Positions 48,885 to 60,360 of a stretch of 64,000 nt of DNA are shown here, one piece after another; within the stretch, counting starts at the first letter, position 1; every line of letters starts with the position of its first letter. This DNA is from Hormoscilla sp. (GTDB taxonomy: Bacteria; Cyanobacteriota; Cyanobacteriia; Cyanobacteriales; Desertifilaceae), in the NCBI GenBank assembly GCA_051439505.1, contig JBFRWI010000053.1, positions 1 through 64,000 on the forward strand, written 5' to 3'. The translations under genes and the position numbers were made by a program. The notes beneath the pieces are model-generated. The model was not told where the DNA came from and did no database searches. It saw only the letters and a list, made by a program, of their open reading frames with translations.

Positions 48885-50287
48885 TACCCTCCAATGGACC
48901 GGTCCCTTACCGTGGTTAATTCTGCTGGGTGCAGGGGAATGCAGATAATAAATTTAGCTCCCTCACCCGGACTAGATAGGCAGGTTAATTGACCCTGATG
49001 CTGTTCTACCACAATCTGGTGCGAGATCGACAAGCCCAAACCCGTGCCCTTCCCCACGGGTTTGGTTGTAAAGAAGGGATTAAATATCTGTTCCTGGACT
49101 TTTTCGGGGATCCCAGGACCATTGTCCGCAATGGTAATTAACACTCCTTCTGGGACTGTTGTTAGCAATTTGGTTTTAATGGCGATCGCTCGCGGTGGCG
49201 GTTGGTTGGACAATGCGTCTATGGCATTGGTCAGTATATTCATAAACACCTGGTTCATCTGAGAGGGATAGCACTCCACTAGCGGCAGCTTGCCGTACTC
49301 TTTGATTATTCTAATCGGATCTCCATCGTCTTGGTGCAGTTGCTTTTGGAGAATCATCAAACTGCTGTCAATCCCCGAGTGAATGTCAACTGCTTTGATG
49401 TCCGCTTCATCCAAGCGAGCGAAGTTCCGCAGAGACTTGACTATCTCGTGGATACGACTTGTCCCCTGGTGCATTGATGAGAGTATGTTGGGCAAATCTT
49501 CCATAATGAAATCCAGATCCATCTCCGCAGCGGCAGATTGGATTTCTAACTCCGGTTCCGGATAATATTTGGCATAGAGTGCCATCATCCTTAGCAAGTC
49601 TTGAAAATATTCATTTGTGTATACTAGATTGCCGTGGATAAAGTTGACAGGATTGTTAATTTCATGAGCAATTCCAGCCACTAGCTGCTCTAAACTCAAC
49701 ATTTTTTCCCGATGCACCAGTTTCGCTTGATTCCATTGTATTTTCTGGAGGTTTAATTGCAGATGTAGGGCTTCTCTGGCTTTTTCTTCTGCTAGCTTGC
49801 GATCGGTGATATCAAATCTGATGGATAAATATTGGTAGGGTTTCCCTTCGTCATCCACAAAGGGCACGATGGTCGTATCCACCCAATAATAGGTTCCATC
49901 TTTGGCTCGATTTTTGATTTCCCCTTTCCAGACTTTCCCGGAATTTATGCTAGACCACAAATCCCGAAAAAACTCTTTGCTATGCTCGCCTGATTTAATT
50001 ATACTGTGGGGTTGGCCGATCAATTCCGAGCGGCTATATTTGGATAGTTCGCAAAATTTATCATTGACGTAACGGATAATGCCCTTGGTGTCCGTGATGG
50101 CGACGATCGCCGCTTGGTCCAAAGCATATTTTAGATCTGATAGTTCTTTGATCGTGCGATCGAGTCTAATCTTTTCTTTTTCACTGATTCTCTCTTGCCG
50201 ATCGAAGGGCGATCGGGCAGCTTCATGATTTTCTTCTAAGTTCGACCACATTATATCCGCTTCATCATAATCTCGTACTGCCTGCAT
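48884..50287 (-). CDS. Soluble PAS/PAC histidine kinase (HK3)
   Basis: Same PAS type; AHEINNP; DNGPGI, FNPFFTTKPVGKGTGLGL. Confidence 0.93.
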   Translation of the reverse strand: MQAVRDYDEADIMWSNLEENHEAARSPFDRQERISEKEKIRLDRTIKELSDLKYALDQAAIVAITDTKGIIRYVNDKFCELSKYSRSELIGQPHSIIKSGEHSKEFFRDLWSSINSGKVWKGEIKNRAKDGTYYWVDTTIVPFVDDEGKPYQYLSIRFDITDRKLAEEKAREALHLQLNLQKIQWNQAKLVHREKMLSLEQLVAGIAHEINNPVNFIHGNLVYTNEYFQDLLRMMALYAKYYPEPELEIQSAAAEMDLDFIMEDLPNILSSMHQGTSRIHEIVKSLRNFARLDEADIKAVDIHSGIDSSLMILQKQLHQDDGDPIRIIKEYGKLPLVECYPSQMNQVFMNILTNAIDALSNQPPPRAIAIKTKLLTTVPEGVLITIADNGPGIPEKVQEQIFNPFFTTKPVGKGTGLGLSISHQIVVEQHQGQLTCLSSPGEGAKFIICIPLHPAELTTVRDRSIGG

Positions 50288-50935
50288 TTTCTCTCCTCAT
50301 CCGTTTTTGAGCTTACCAACTATTTGGGACTTATTTCCCGAATAACTTAGTCACTTCACAGTCGGCCCGCCGGGGGTTCAAACCCAAAGGCTAGAGGCGC
50401 TCAGTCGGTTAAAACCGCACTTAAAATAACGTTCAAAGTAATTGTAACATTTTTTTGATAAAATGGTATAAATATTTTTGTCCACTTGCCGAGCTGTAGC
50501 AGCTCGTACCGCTCCGTAACTATCGTACCGAGCGTGATGGGTATCCAATTTTACCCGATTGCCAAAAACGGGGATGCTCCCCTTGGCGACTTTCTGATTA
50601 GGCTCTTAATTAGACATAATTATGATCGAATAAATTGCTGTAACTGGATATTTATCAAGGATTTCTTAAGGAAGAGCGGAAATGTTCCAGCTGTAAAGGA
50701 ATCTTACCACTAATAGTATTTTCGGCGTTGCACAACTCCACCGATGATAACTAAGCCACGAATTATGGCTTCTACCATTTGGAAAAATTTAGCTACAAAG
50801 CAGATCGTGCTGGCGATGGGCACCAGCACGGTACAGAAGAGATTTGCCGACGGTACTCGCCGGTTACTACAGGGGCGATATTTGTCGGAAATATGCGATC
50901 GCGCTCGTTGTTTGCCGATCGCTGATAACTGAAGC

Positions 50936-52690
50936 TCAAACGGAGCGAACGGAGCCAGAATAGACAAAACCTCGCTGCATATCCAAAGTGACGATCGCCC
51001 CATCTCGAATGATATCCGTGGCTTGGGAAACTCCCACGATCACGGGCACACCCAACCGCATGCCGATCACGGCGGCGTGAGAAGTGAGACTGGCATCCTC
51101 AGTGACTATTCCCGAGGCTTTGCGGATCGCATCGATAAAATCAGCGCTAGTATATTTGGCCACCAAAATTTCTCCGGGGTGGAAATGGGTCACGTCCGTG
51201 CCATTGTGAGCCACCCGGGCCCGACCGCTGACTAAACCCTGACCAATGGCTGTCCCCTGAGCGAGAACTGCGGTGACTATTTCAACTTTAATTAAATTGG
51301 TCGCTCCGGCTACCCCTTGAAGCTCCCCTGCTGTCATCACCACCAAATCTCCTTCCTGGAGCAAATGCTTCTCCTGAGCCACATTTATAGCGGCTTTGAA
51401 AGTTTGACTTGTAGAGGGCAAATCCAATACCAGTAGGGGTTTGACGCCCCAGACTACCTGCAAGCGTCGCGCCACTTCTACATGAGGCGTGACGGCCAGA
51501 ATTGGCGTCTGGGGTCGGAACTTGGAGACATTCCGTGCTGTGCCACCTGTCTTGGTCAAGGTCATAATCGCAGAGGCACCCAGCTGTTCTGCGATCTGGC
51601 TCACCCCTTGAGAGATGGAGTTGGGAATAGACCGCTTGGTATCTGCTTGAGCGTGGCAAGTATGGCTTTCCCGTTCAATTCTGACCGCGATACGTGCCAT
51701 GGTCGCCACGGCTTCCACCGGGTACTGGCCGACAGCTGTTTCGTTAGAGAGCATGACGGCGTCCGTACCATCCAAAATCGCATTGGCCACATCAGAAACT
51801 TCCGCTCTGGTGGGTCGAGGAGAGTTGACCATACTGTCTAGCATCTGGGTTGCCGTAATCACGGGGATTCCCAGTTGATTTGAGGTGACAATCAGTCGCT
51901 TTTGCAGCAGGGGAACGTCCTCAGCGGGCAGTTCCACTCCTAAGTCTCCCCTCGCTACCATCACCCCATCAGATAAGCTGAGAATGGCTTCCATCTGCTC
52001 GATCGCTTCGTGCTTTTCTATCTTGACAATTACTGGCACTTGCTTGCCAGCATTGGCGATGATTTCCTTGATTTCCAGCACGTCTTGGGGGTTGCGCACA
52101 AAGGAGAGGGCTACCCAATCTACCCCTTGATCTAAGCCAAATAGCAAGTCTTTGCGGTCTTTTTCCGTGAGAGCTTTGATTGACAGGTAGACACCGGGGA
52201 AGTTGACTCCTTTGTTATTGGAAAGCTTGCCGCCCACTACCACCTGGCAATGGAGTTGGCGAGCAGTTCTATCTACTTTTTCCACGACCATTTCCACCTT
52301 GCCATCATCTAGGAGAATGGTGGCTCCGGCGGGGACTTCATCTGCTAAGGGTTCGTAGGTGACTGAACTCATCTCTTGGGTGCCCGGTACTGACTCGCTG
52401 GTCAGAATGAACCGATCGCCGTTCGATAGGGCGATCGAGCCCGACTCGAACCGTCCCAAGCGAATTTTCGGACCTTGCAGGTCTTGTAAAATGGCCACAG
52501 GCTGATTTAGCTCAAAGGACAGTTGCCGAATTAAGCGAATGCTGCGTTGATGGTCTTCATGGGTGCCGTGGGAGAAATTTAACCGCAGGGTTGTGGCACC
52601 GGCTTCTATCAGGTCCCGCAATACCTCTGGGGAACTGGTGGCAGGGCCAACGGTGGCGACAATTTTTGTTCGACGCTGGGAATGTTGCAT
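50936..52690 (-). CDS. pyk: Pyruvate kinase with C-terminal PEP-utilising swivel domain
   Basis: RRTKIVATVGP, RLNFSHG, DLQGPKIR, MVARGDLGVE, TATQMLDSM, TSHAA. Confidence 0.97.
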   Translation of the reverse strand: MQHSQRRTKIVATVGPATSSPEVLRDLIEAGATTLRLNFSHGTHEDHQRSIRLIRQLSFELNQPVAILQDLQGPKIRLGRFESGSIALSNGDRFILTSESVPGTQEMSSVTYEPLADEVPAGATILLDDGKVEMVVEKVDRTARQLHCQVVVGGKLSNNKGVNFPGVYLSIKALTEKDRKDLLFGLDQGVDWVALSFVRNPQDVLEIKEIIANAGKQVPVIVKIEKHEAIEQMEAILSLSDGVMVARGDLGVELPAEDVPLLQKRLIVTSNQLGIPVITATQMLDSMVNSPRPTRAEVSDVANAILDGTDAVMLSNETAVGQYPVEAVATMARIAVRIERESHTCHAQADTKRSIPNSISQGVSQIAEQLGASAIMTLTKTGGTARNVSKFRPQTPILAVTPHVEVARRLQVVWGVKPLLVLDLPSTSQTFKAAINVAQEKHLLQEGDLVVMTAGELQGVAGATNLIKVEIVTAVLAQGTAIGQGLVSGRARVAHNGTDVTHFHPGEILVAKYTSADFIDAIRKASGIVTEDASLTSHAAVIGMRLGVPVIVGVSQATDIIRDGAIVTLDMQRGFVYSGSVRSV

Positions 52691-53575
52691 GGCTAGGGCC
52701 CCTCGGGAGTCAAAAGATACAGGCAAGAGATTATCATATCTTATGTCGGTTGTCGTCCGACTTGTCCCGCCTGTCCGTCCGCTGACATCCTCGAAAGATA
52801 AAGAATATGTTAAAAAAGCACAGAAGACTAGATATCTGGTATAAGAGTAAAGGCGATCGCCCTCGGGAAGACGTTCTCATTTGAGTATAACCGGAATGAA
52901 TACGGGGCCATCCCAGCTAGGGGAAGGGCGCGGTAGTTGACAATTATGATTGAATTGGATAAAATGAAAGGCGTTGCACATTGAGGGGATGATACCAATT
53001 TGGTTTGCAAGTGACAATGTGTTTCTCTCTCCCGATCGCGTGCATTTTCTCCATCACTATTTTCAAGCTATCTCTTTTAAGGAAAATATGGCCGGAATTC
53101 CTTTACTACCCGGACTTAAAGTTCCCTATTACACCTTTATCGGACAAAAATGATGAGATAATTTGTCAGTTGTTGGTGGTCAGTGCTTCAGTGGTCGGTG
53201 GTAAGTTGTTAGTGGTTAAGCTGTCGCGCATTGAAATTGCTACGGCCAAAACGCTGAAACCCTTGTTCTCAATGGCTTTCCCCTTCGCGCAGCGTGGCGC
53301 AGCCATATTTTGAATTTTGAATTTTGAATTTTGAATTGCTTAGTGGTCAGCACCATCGACAGACTGCAGGCGATTCGGTCTGTGAGCAAAAATACTTATA
53401 AACCTGACATGCTCCCAAGGTAAAGAATTGTAAAAAAAAGCACTCTTTACTCGATCTGTGGTATGATATGATAGGCTATCGCGCTCTCCGGAAGGCTCCT
53501 CAGGGTTAGATTTCGCCGGAGAAGTATAACCGTAAGACGCGATCGAGCAAGGGAAAGTGAAGTAGGTTGACAAGG

Positions 53576-54223
53576 ATGATAGATAAGAAGAAAATCAAAT
53601 ATGAACCACAAGAAGTTCGTTATCCAACGGCTTTGGAAAAATTGAGCGATATGATTAAGCCTGGAGATGCGATCGCTTTCTCTGGTAAAGGCTTTAATGG
53701 CAAGGTGATTCGATGCTTCACGGCTAGTCTCTACAGCCATATTGCCATTGTTATGGATACAGAGCGTGATTGTACTACCGACGGTCGCATCGCGATCGCC
53801 GAAGCTTCAAGTGACACGAGGTTACCCGATTTTAGAAATGAAAAACGCAAGCCGGGAGTACAAATTCACCATCTGTGGAATTGGATAAACGCTTATCAAG
53901 ATTTGGGACAAGCATGGTGGATACCCTTAGCAGAACCATTAAGCGATTCAGGGGTAAAGAAAATGCAAGATTGGCTGTGGGAAATTCACGATCGACAAGT
54001 GTCTTATAGCTTCAGGAAGTGTATTGGTGCCTGGCTGAAAATTAATCGATATTTCCTCAGTGCGGATAGCCAATATGCCGCGCGACTGTTTTGTTCGGAA
54101 CTGGTGACCAAGGCATTGCAAATTGCAGAAGCGATCGACCCTGCTGTTAGGTCTTATCAACAAATCCCGCAGGAAATTATCAGTTTACCCTGTTTTCAAG
54201 ATCCAATTAAAATAGAAATTTAA
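53576..54223 (+). CDS. Permuted papain-like (NlpC/P60, YiiX-like) protein
   Basis: KPGDAIAF, YSHIAIV (His) preceding LFCSELV (Cys). Confidence 0.78.
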   Translation: MIDKKKIKYEPQEVRYPTALEKLSDMIKPGDAIAFSGKGFNGKVIRCFTASLYSHIAIVMDTERDCTTDGRIAIAEASSDTRLPDFRNEKRKPGVQIHHLWNWINAYQDLGQAWWIPLAEPLSDSGVKKMQDWLWEIHDRQVSYSFRKCIGAWLKINRYFLSADSQYAARLFCSELVTKALQIAEAIDPAVRSYQQIPQEIISLPCFQDPIKIEI

Positions 54224-54718
54224 TGGGATGTAGGGTGGGCATCGCCCACCAAGAGGATAAAATCACTGTGAATTATCGATCTAATTTAACTTGGATAAGT
54301 AAGAAACAATAATTATAGCTAGCCTACTAAATACTCTAAAAACTTAAGGCGTTGCACATTTTTGGGATGATAGTAGTCAATGGTGGCAAATTGCCAATTT
54401 AACATTGAAAATTGAATAAGAGTTATTTGTCTATTTATGGGAATTCATAACTATTTCAATTGACCATAGCGCTCCTGCACGCTCCGGGCCCCCTCCGCTG
54501 CGCGACTGCGTATACGCAATTAGAGATGCACCCATACCCAAAATGTGTCAAGCATCAAAATCTATCAGAAGAAGTATATATTCAGAGATAATAATATATT
54601 GGCAAAAGGGAAAAAATCGTCTAAATTGGAAATATCAAAAGGCGGGGGAATGGCAGAATCTTTGTGTAGGTTACAATTGGAGTTATGAGAAAAAATAGAT
54701 GGGGTGGCGTTGAGAAAA

Positions 54719-56512
54719 ATGGAAAAACAAGAACAGAGTTCGATCGAGCAAGGGGAATGGGGAACAGGTTCTGAGAGAAACCTCCCGATATTAGGATTGA
54801 TTCTTCGCTGGAGCATAGCTAAAAAATTTGGTTACAGCTATGCTCTAGCAATTGCTATCTCTGCGATCGGGACAATGGGGTGATGGGAATGCGATCGCAT
54901 CCCCAAAGGCTAGTTCCAGCATTGGGAAAGACAATCAGGTTTGACTACGAAAGAGCTAAATTTTATAGCTATGTTAATCATGTGAGTACACAAACGGCCA
55001 GACTTAAAAAATTAATAGATAACAATTATAGCGAGTTATTGGCAGCAGAAGAGACCAACTTAAAAAAGTTAGTCAAAAAATACGAAAATAATACAAGCGC
55101 ATATGTTAAGCTAGTCAAAAATCTCTGGGAGCAAATAGATCCTCCTAATGTAAGGGGAGAGAAAATCTCAGCAGCACAGCAGAATGTCTTAGTTTATATG
55201 AGTGGGGAGATAGCTAATAAGATAGATGTTAAGTTCGATCGCCTGTCGGAAAAATTAAACTGGCTGATATCGATAGCTGAAACTCAACACGCGCAAGCAA
55301 GGGCAGACCAGAAAAAAGCCTCGGAACTGCGACTGCTGATAATTGTGGGAAGTATGCTAATGTCGGCGGCGATCGCGACTTTCTTGGCCCTTTATACCAG
55401 TCGGGCGATCGCCAGTCCCCTAGAACAGGTAACGGCAGTTGCCCAGCGAGTTACTACCGATGCTAATTTTCTATTGCGGGCAACTGTGACTACAGAAGAT
55501 GAAGTAGGTTCCTTAGCGATCGCCCTAAATCAGTTGATTCAATGGGTAGGAGAACATACCTATGAATTGGAGCGAAGTCGCGATCGTACAGCGAGTACAA
55601 TCACGCACTCAAGAACTGACCCAGGCATTGCGATCGCTCAAAGAAACTCAAAGTCAACTAATTAAAACAGAAAAAATGTCCAGTTTGGGGCAGATGGTAG
55701 CGGGGATAGCTCATGAAATTAATAACCCGGTAAGCTTTATTTATGGTAATCTCGAACATGCCAAAGAATATACTCAAGAATTGCTAAAGTTACTGGATGT
55801 TTATCAGCAGGAGTACCCGGAACCAACCCCGGTAATTGAAGAGCAAATTGCCGAAAGTGAGATAGAATATCTGGTATAAGATTTGCCGCAATTATTAAAT
55901 TAGATGAAAAATGGAGCCGATCGGATCGAGAAAATTGTCCTTTCTTTGCGGAATTTCTCCCGCCTGGATGAGTCGGAAATGAAAGCAGCAGATATTAATG
56001 AAGGGATTGATAATACCTTGTTGATTCTCAATCACGGTCTGCATCAAAGAATTGTAGTCAACAAGGATTATGTAAATTTGCCCCTAGTCTATTGTTACCC
56101 GGCCCAACTGAATCAAGTATTTCTGAATATTATCGAAAATGCGATCGATGCTTTGTTAGAGTCATCGGGGACGAAAAATCCGCAGATTTACATTCGGACA
56201 GAGAAAAGGGGCGATCGCATGGTAATGGTAACAATTAGGGATAATGGTCCGGGAATTCCAGAGTCGATTATAGACAAGCTGTTCGATCCGTTTTTTCCGA
56301 CCAAAGAGGTCGGAAAGGGAACGGGGATGGGACTGGCGATCGCCTATCAGATTATCGAAAAGCATCAGGGAAAATTTGAGGTAAGTTCCGAAGCGGGAAA
56401 AGGGGCTTCCTTCGCGATATCTATTCCCATTCACCCCGAGGGAAGAAGCGCGATCGCCGGTGGGCGTCCGCAGCAGCAAGGCTCAAAAATTGTCAGAACG
56501 CCAGTAATGTGA
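54719..56512 (+). pseudogene. Disrupted membrane HAMP-domain histidine kinase
   Basis: N-terminal TM frame stops at 54883; frameshift near 55580; stops at 55877-55879 and 55901-55903 inside the kinase core. Confidence 0.85.
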
Positions 56513-56554
56513 TATAGTAATTTGACGAACATGACAAATTAATAAAAGAGTTGG

Positions 56555-58063
56555 ATGAGACGCAGAGCTTGGCTGTACGTCCTAATTTTTTTGTGCGTGC
56601 CGACGGTGGCCATTGCCCAAGAACCGGCAGCAGGTCAGAGTTGGATTGCCAGCATTGATGCTATATTTGCTTCACTTGTGGCAGCCATATTCAGGGTACT
56701 ATTCTTTAGCATCGGCGGTTTCCCCCTGATCGTGCTGTGGCTGATCGCAGGTGGGGCATTCTTCACGCTCAGGATGAATTTTATCAATATCAGGGGGTTT
56801 CGACATGCGCTAGATGTGGTAAGGGGGACTTACGATGACCCTCTTGAGACCGGAGAAGTATCCCATTTTCAGGCCCTAGCGACAGCACTCTCGGCGACGG
56901 TAGGACTGGGGAACATTGCCGGAGTGGCGATCGCGGTGAGTGTGGGGGGACCGGGTGCGGTATTCTGGATGACTATCGGCGGGCTTTTGGGCATGACCAG
57001 TAAATTTACTGAATGTACCCTGGGACAGAAATATCGGATCGTGAAGTCAGACGGGACGATCGCGGGCGGACCGATGTATTATCTGTCAAGAGGTTTAGCC
57101 GAAATGGGACAGCGGACCCTGGGCAAGGTTTTAGCGATTCTATTCTCAGTCTTTTGCCTGGGAGGGGCATTTGGTGGCGCGAATATGTTTCAGGCGAACC
57201 AGTCCTACGGCGCAGTACAGACTGTATTACCTTTCTTGCCTAACTGGCTGTATGGCTTGATGCTCATGATTTTAGTGGGACTGGTAATTATTGGCGGCAT
57301 CAGACGCATTGCCACCGTAGCAGGTACGATAGTACCTGTCATGTGTGGATTGTATGTTTTCATGTCCATCTTCATTCTGCTGACCAATTTTACCGCCATT
57401 CCCGGGGCGATCGGCACGATCATCTCGGAGGCATTTGTGCCCCAGGCAGTAACAGGTGGTATGATTGGCACGATCGTCCAGGGATTCAGGCGATCGGCTT
57501 TCTCCAATGAGGCAGGCATCGGATCGGCGGCGATCGCCCATTCTGCTGCCAGGACTTCTGAACCCGTTCGCGAAGGCATTGTCGCCCTGCTAGAACCCTT
57601 TATCGATACGGTAGTTGTCTGCAACATGACCGCCTTGGTAATTGTGATTACAGGTGCCTATAATAATAGAGAGTTCGAGGCACTGAGGGCAGCCCAAAAA
57701 GGTGCAGAACTGACTGCCGCTGCTTTTGGGACAGTAATAGCATGGTTTCCCATCCTGCTGGCGATCGCTGTCTTCTTGTTTGCCTTCTCCACGATGATTT
57801 CCTGGAGTTACTATGGCGAACGTTGCTGGGAATATCTGTTTGGTGCTAGCAGCTTGATGGTCTACAAGGTATTATTCTTGATCGCTATCTTTATTGGCTC
57901 GGTAACTAAACCAACGACGGTGATAGACTTCAGCGATGCCATGTTGCTAGCGATGGCATTTCCAAATTTATTGGGGGCCTACTTCCTATCTGGTAAAGTG
58001 TTAGCAGACCTCAAGGATTATATGCGTCGCCTGAATGCTGGAGAATTGAGAAGGGAAAATTGA
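56555..58063 (+). CDS. Alanine/glycine:cation symporter (AGCS family), copy 1
   Basis: ALSATVGLGNIAGVA, GGPGAVFWM, GGPMYY, FSNEAG, EPFIDT. Confidence 0.95.
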   Translation: MRRRAWLYVLIFLCVPTVAIAQEPAAGQSWIASIDAIFASLVAAIFRVLFFSIGGFPLIVLWLIAGGAFFTLRMNFINIRGFRHALDVVRGTYDDPLETGEVSHFQALATALSATVGLGNIAGVAIAVSVGGPGAVFWMTIGGLLGMTSKFTECTLGQKYRIVKSDGTIAGGPMYYLSRGLAEMGQRTLGKVLAILFSVFCLGGAFGGANMFQANQSYGAVQTVLPFLPNWLYGLMLMILVGLVIIGGIRRIATVAGTIVPVMCGLYVFMSIFILLTNFTAIPGAIGTIISEAFVPQAVTGGMIGTIVQGFRRSAFSNEAGIGSAAIAHSAARTSEPVREGIVALLEPFIDTVVVCNMTALVIVITGAYNNREFEALRAAQKGAELTAAAFGTVIAWFPILLAIAVFLFAFSTMISWSYYGERCWEYLFGASSLMVYKVLFLIAIFIGSVTKPTTVIDFSDAMLLAMAFPNLLGAYFLSGKVLADLKDYMRRLNAGELRREN

Positions 58064-58119
58064 GAAGGGAGAGCAGTTGGCAATTAGCAATTACAAATTA
58101 GCAATTAGCAATTAGCAAG

Positions 58120-58554
58120 ATGAGTTTATTTAATAAAGAAAGGGTGCTTGTCCCGATCGATTTCTCGGAAGCATCCTTTAATGCGGTGAAGGAAACGCGA
58201 GGATTGGTAACAGAGGCGTCAAATTTGCACATCCTGCATGTGTTGCATCCTCTCCACCAAGGAGAACCAGGAGTGATCTGGAAAACGGTGAATAATGAGA
58301 CGCGCAAACAGCATGTAGAACAGGCATTTTATCAGCGATGCCAAGAAGCAGAATATCAGGGAGTTCATTTTAGCGTCCTGGTGGGAAACCCCAGTGAGAA
58401 AATTATTGACTACGCTAATACAAACGACATCGATTTGATTGTAATACCCTCCCACGGACGCACGGGTATCAGTCGATTTTTCTTGGGGTCGGTGGCGGAA
58501 AGGGTGGTAAGATTTGCCCATTGTCCGGTGCTGGTACTGCGGCGATCGGACTAG
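58120..58554 (+). CDS. Universal stress protein
   Basis: VLVPIDFSE, DLIVIPSHGRTG, LGSVAERVVRFAHCPVLV. Confidence 0.94.
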   Translation: MSLFNKERVLVPIDFSEASFNAVKETRGLVTEASNLHILHVLHPLHQGEPGVIWKTVNNETRKQHVEQAFYQRCQEAEYQGVHFSVLVGNPSEKIIDYANTNDIDLIVIPSHGRTGISRFFLGSVAERVVRFAHCPVLVLRRSD

Positions 58555-58585
58555 GGTGCATCTGATAGAAGCAAAAATAATAACA

Positions 58586-58736
58586 ACTCGTTCAATGTCT
58601 CTGGCAGGGAACGTACCGCCGAGACTCAACCTCGGAGGACAGCTATCAGACCTCCGAGTCCGACGAGTTCGTTGGTTATACCCTCACAGGAGGCAGATCC
58701 TCAAAAAAGCATTTCTAGGCTGAGCCTAGAAACGAG
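58586..58736. repeat. CTCGTT...AACGAG-bounded palindromic element
   Basis: Inverted ends, internal stems CTCGGAGG/CCTCCGAG and TTTCTAGGCT/AGCCTAGAAA; similar start at 30913. Confidence 0.55.
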
Positions 58737-58784
58737 AGTGGAGAGAAACTATTGTTGAGCAAGATGATATTAGATTGTTGGACC

Positions 58785-60239
58785 ATGAATGCCTTGGCGG
58801 CGGTAAAGATTAACGGTTTGCTAGACAGGATAGATGCTGGGGTTTCCCAAGTTTTGGAAGTGCTAAACGATGCGATATTTTTTAGCATCGGCGGGATGCC
58901 CCTGATTGTCATATGGCTGCTTATGGCTGGGGTATTCTTTACCTGGCAGATGAGGTTTGTTAATATCAGGGCATTTAAGCACGCGATCGATGTGGTTCGA
59001 GGAAAATACGATGACCCGAACTCCGAAGAAGGGGAAGTATCTCACTTTCAAGCCCTGGCGATCGCCCTGTCGGCAACGGTGGGCATAGGGAATATCGCTA
59101 GCGCAGCGGTAGCGATCGCCCTCGGAGGTCCGGGGGCTTGTTTTTGGCTCACCGTGGGGGGTCTATTGGGGATGAGCACGAAATTTGTCGAATGTACTCT
59201 GGGTCACAAATATCGCATCATCAAGCCAGATGGCACGATCGTGGGGGGTCCGATGTATTATCTGTCAGCAGGATTAGCAGAAGTGGGACTTCATCGGCTG
59301 GGCAATATTTTAGCTGTAATCTACTCGTTTACGGGCATTTTGGCTATCTTAGTTGCCGTTGCCATTCTCCAGTCGAATCAGTCCCTAGCAGCAGTAACGG
59401 CAATAGTACCATCATTGGCAGATTATGGCTGGATCTATGGGGCGCTCATGGCGGGTTTGGTGGGATTAGTGATTATTGGCGGTCTCCAACGCCTCGCTAG
59501 GGTTGCAGGTGTAATTGCGCCCCTGATGTGCGGCATCTATATCTTGGTCTGCCTGTGGGTGCTGGCGATCCATTTTACCGCTATTCCTGAGGCGATCGCC
59601 ACTATTATCAAATCAGCATTTTCCTTCCATGCAGTCGGCGGGGGTTTCGCGGGGGCATTGATCCAGGGACTGCGGCGTTCGGCTTTCTCTAATGAGGCCG
59701 GATCGGGAACGGCGGCGATCGCCCATGCCGTTGCCAGAACTGACGAACCCGTTCGTGAAGGCATTGTCACCATCCTGGAACCTTTTATTGACACCGTCAT
59801 CATCTGCAACCTGACTGCCTTGGTGGTCATCATTACCGGGGCGTACAATAATCCGGACTTTGCTAACTTCAGCGGTACCCAACTCGCCTCCGCTGCCTTC
59901 GGAGAAGCGATCTCCTGGTTTCCTTACCTGTTGGCGATCGTGATTTTTTTCTTTGCCTTTTCCACGATCATTTCCCAGTATTACTACGGTGAGGTTTGCT
60001 GGGAATATCTGCTGGGCGATCGCAGCGAGACGCTTTTTCAGGTATTATTCTTGGGTTGCATACTTTTAGGTTCGGTAGCGTCTCCCCAGGCAGTGATTGA
60101 ATTCGGCGATGCTCTTTTAGTCGCCTTAGTTTTACCCAATCTGTTGGGGGTTTTCTTCCTCTCCCACCAAGTTGCTGTAGACCTAGAAGATTATCTCAAC
60201 CGCCTCAATGCCAGTAATCTGGCGATCGTGGAGAATTGA
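58785..60239 (+). CDS. AGCS-family symporter, copy 2
   Basis: ALSATVGIGNIAS, GGPMYY, FSNEAG, EPFIDT; start uncertain (58752-58785). Confidence 0.92.
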   Translation: MNALAAVKINGLLDRIDAGVSQVLEVLNDAIFFSIGGMPLIVIWLLMAGVFFTWQMRFVNIRAFKHAIDVVRGKYDDPNSEEGEVSHFQALAIALSATVGIGNIASAAVAIALGGPGACFWLTVGGLLGMSTKFVECTLGHKYRIIKPDGTIVGGPMYYLSAGLAEVGLHRLGNILAVIYSFTGILAILVAVAILQSNQSLAAVTAIVPSLADYGWIYGALMAGLVGLVIIGGLQRLARVAGVIAPLMCGIYILVCLWVLAIHFTAIPEAIATIIKSAFSFHAVGGGFAGALIQGLRRSAFSNEAGSGTAAIAHAVARTDEPVREGIVTILEPFIDTVIICNLTALVVIITGAYNNPDFANFSGTQLASAAFGEAISWFPYLLAIVIFFFAFSTIISQYYYGEVCWEYLLGDRSETLFQVLFLGCILLGSVASPQAVIEFGDALLVALVLPNLLGVFFLSHQVAVDLEDYLNRLNASNLAIVEN

Positions 60240-60360
60240 AGAATTATGATTTTTTGATAATTGCCTGACAGTTATCAAAAAATCTGGAGCCAGCAAAAAT
60301 ATGTTAAGATGAGAGAGAACTGTAAGGAAATAGGCTAGAGAAACGTAACTTGTTCTAATT

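Noticed and set aside
55877..55903. Programmed readthrough or alternative genetic code at in-frame stops
   Set aside because: Two different stop codons plus frameshifts in the same gene indicate pseudogenisation; other genes use the standard code
58575..58740. Glycine riboswitch upstream of symporter copy 2
   Set aside because: Partial motifs (CTCTGG, GCCGA) and stems are present, but no tandem aptamer consensus; the ends fit a dispersed palindromic repeat family
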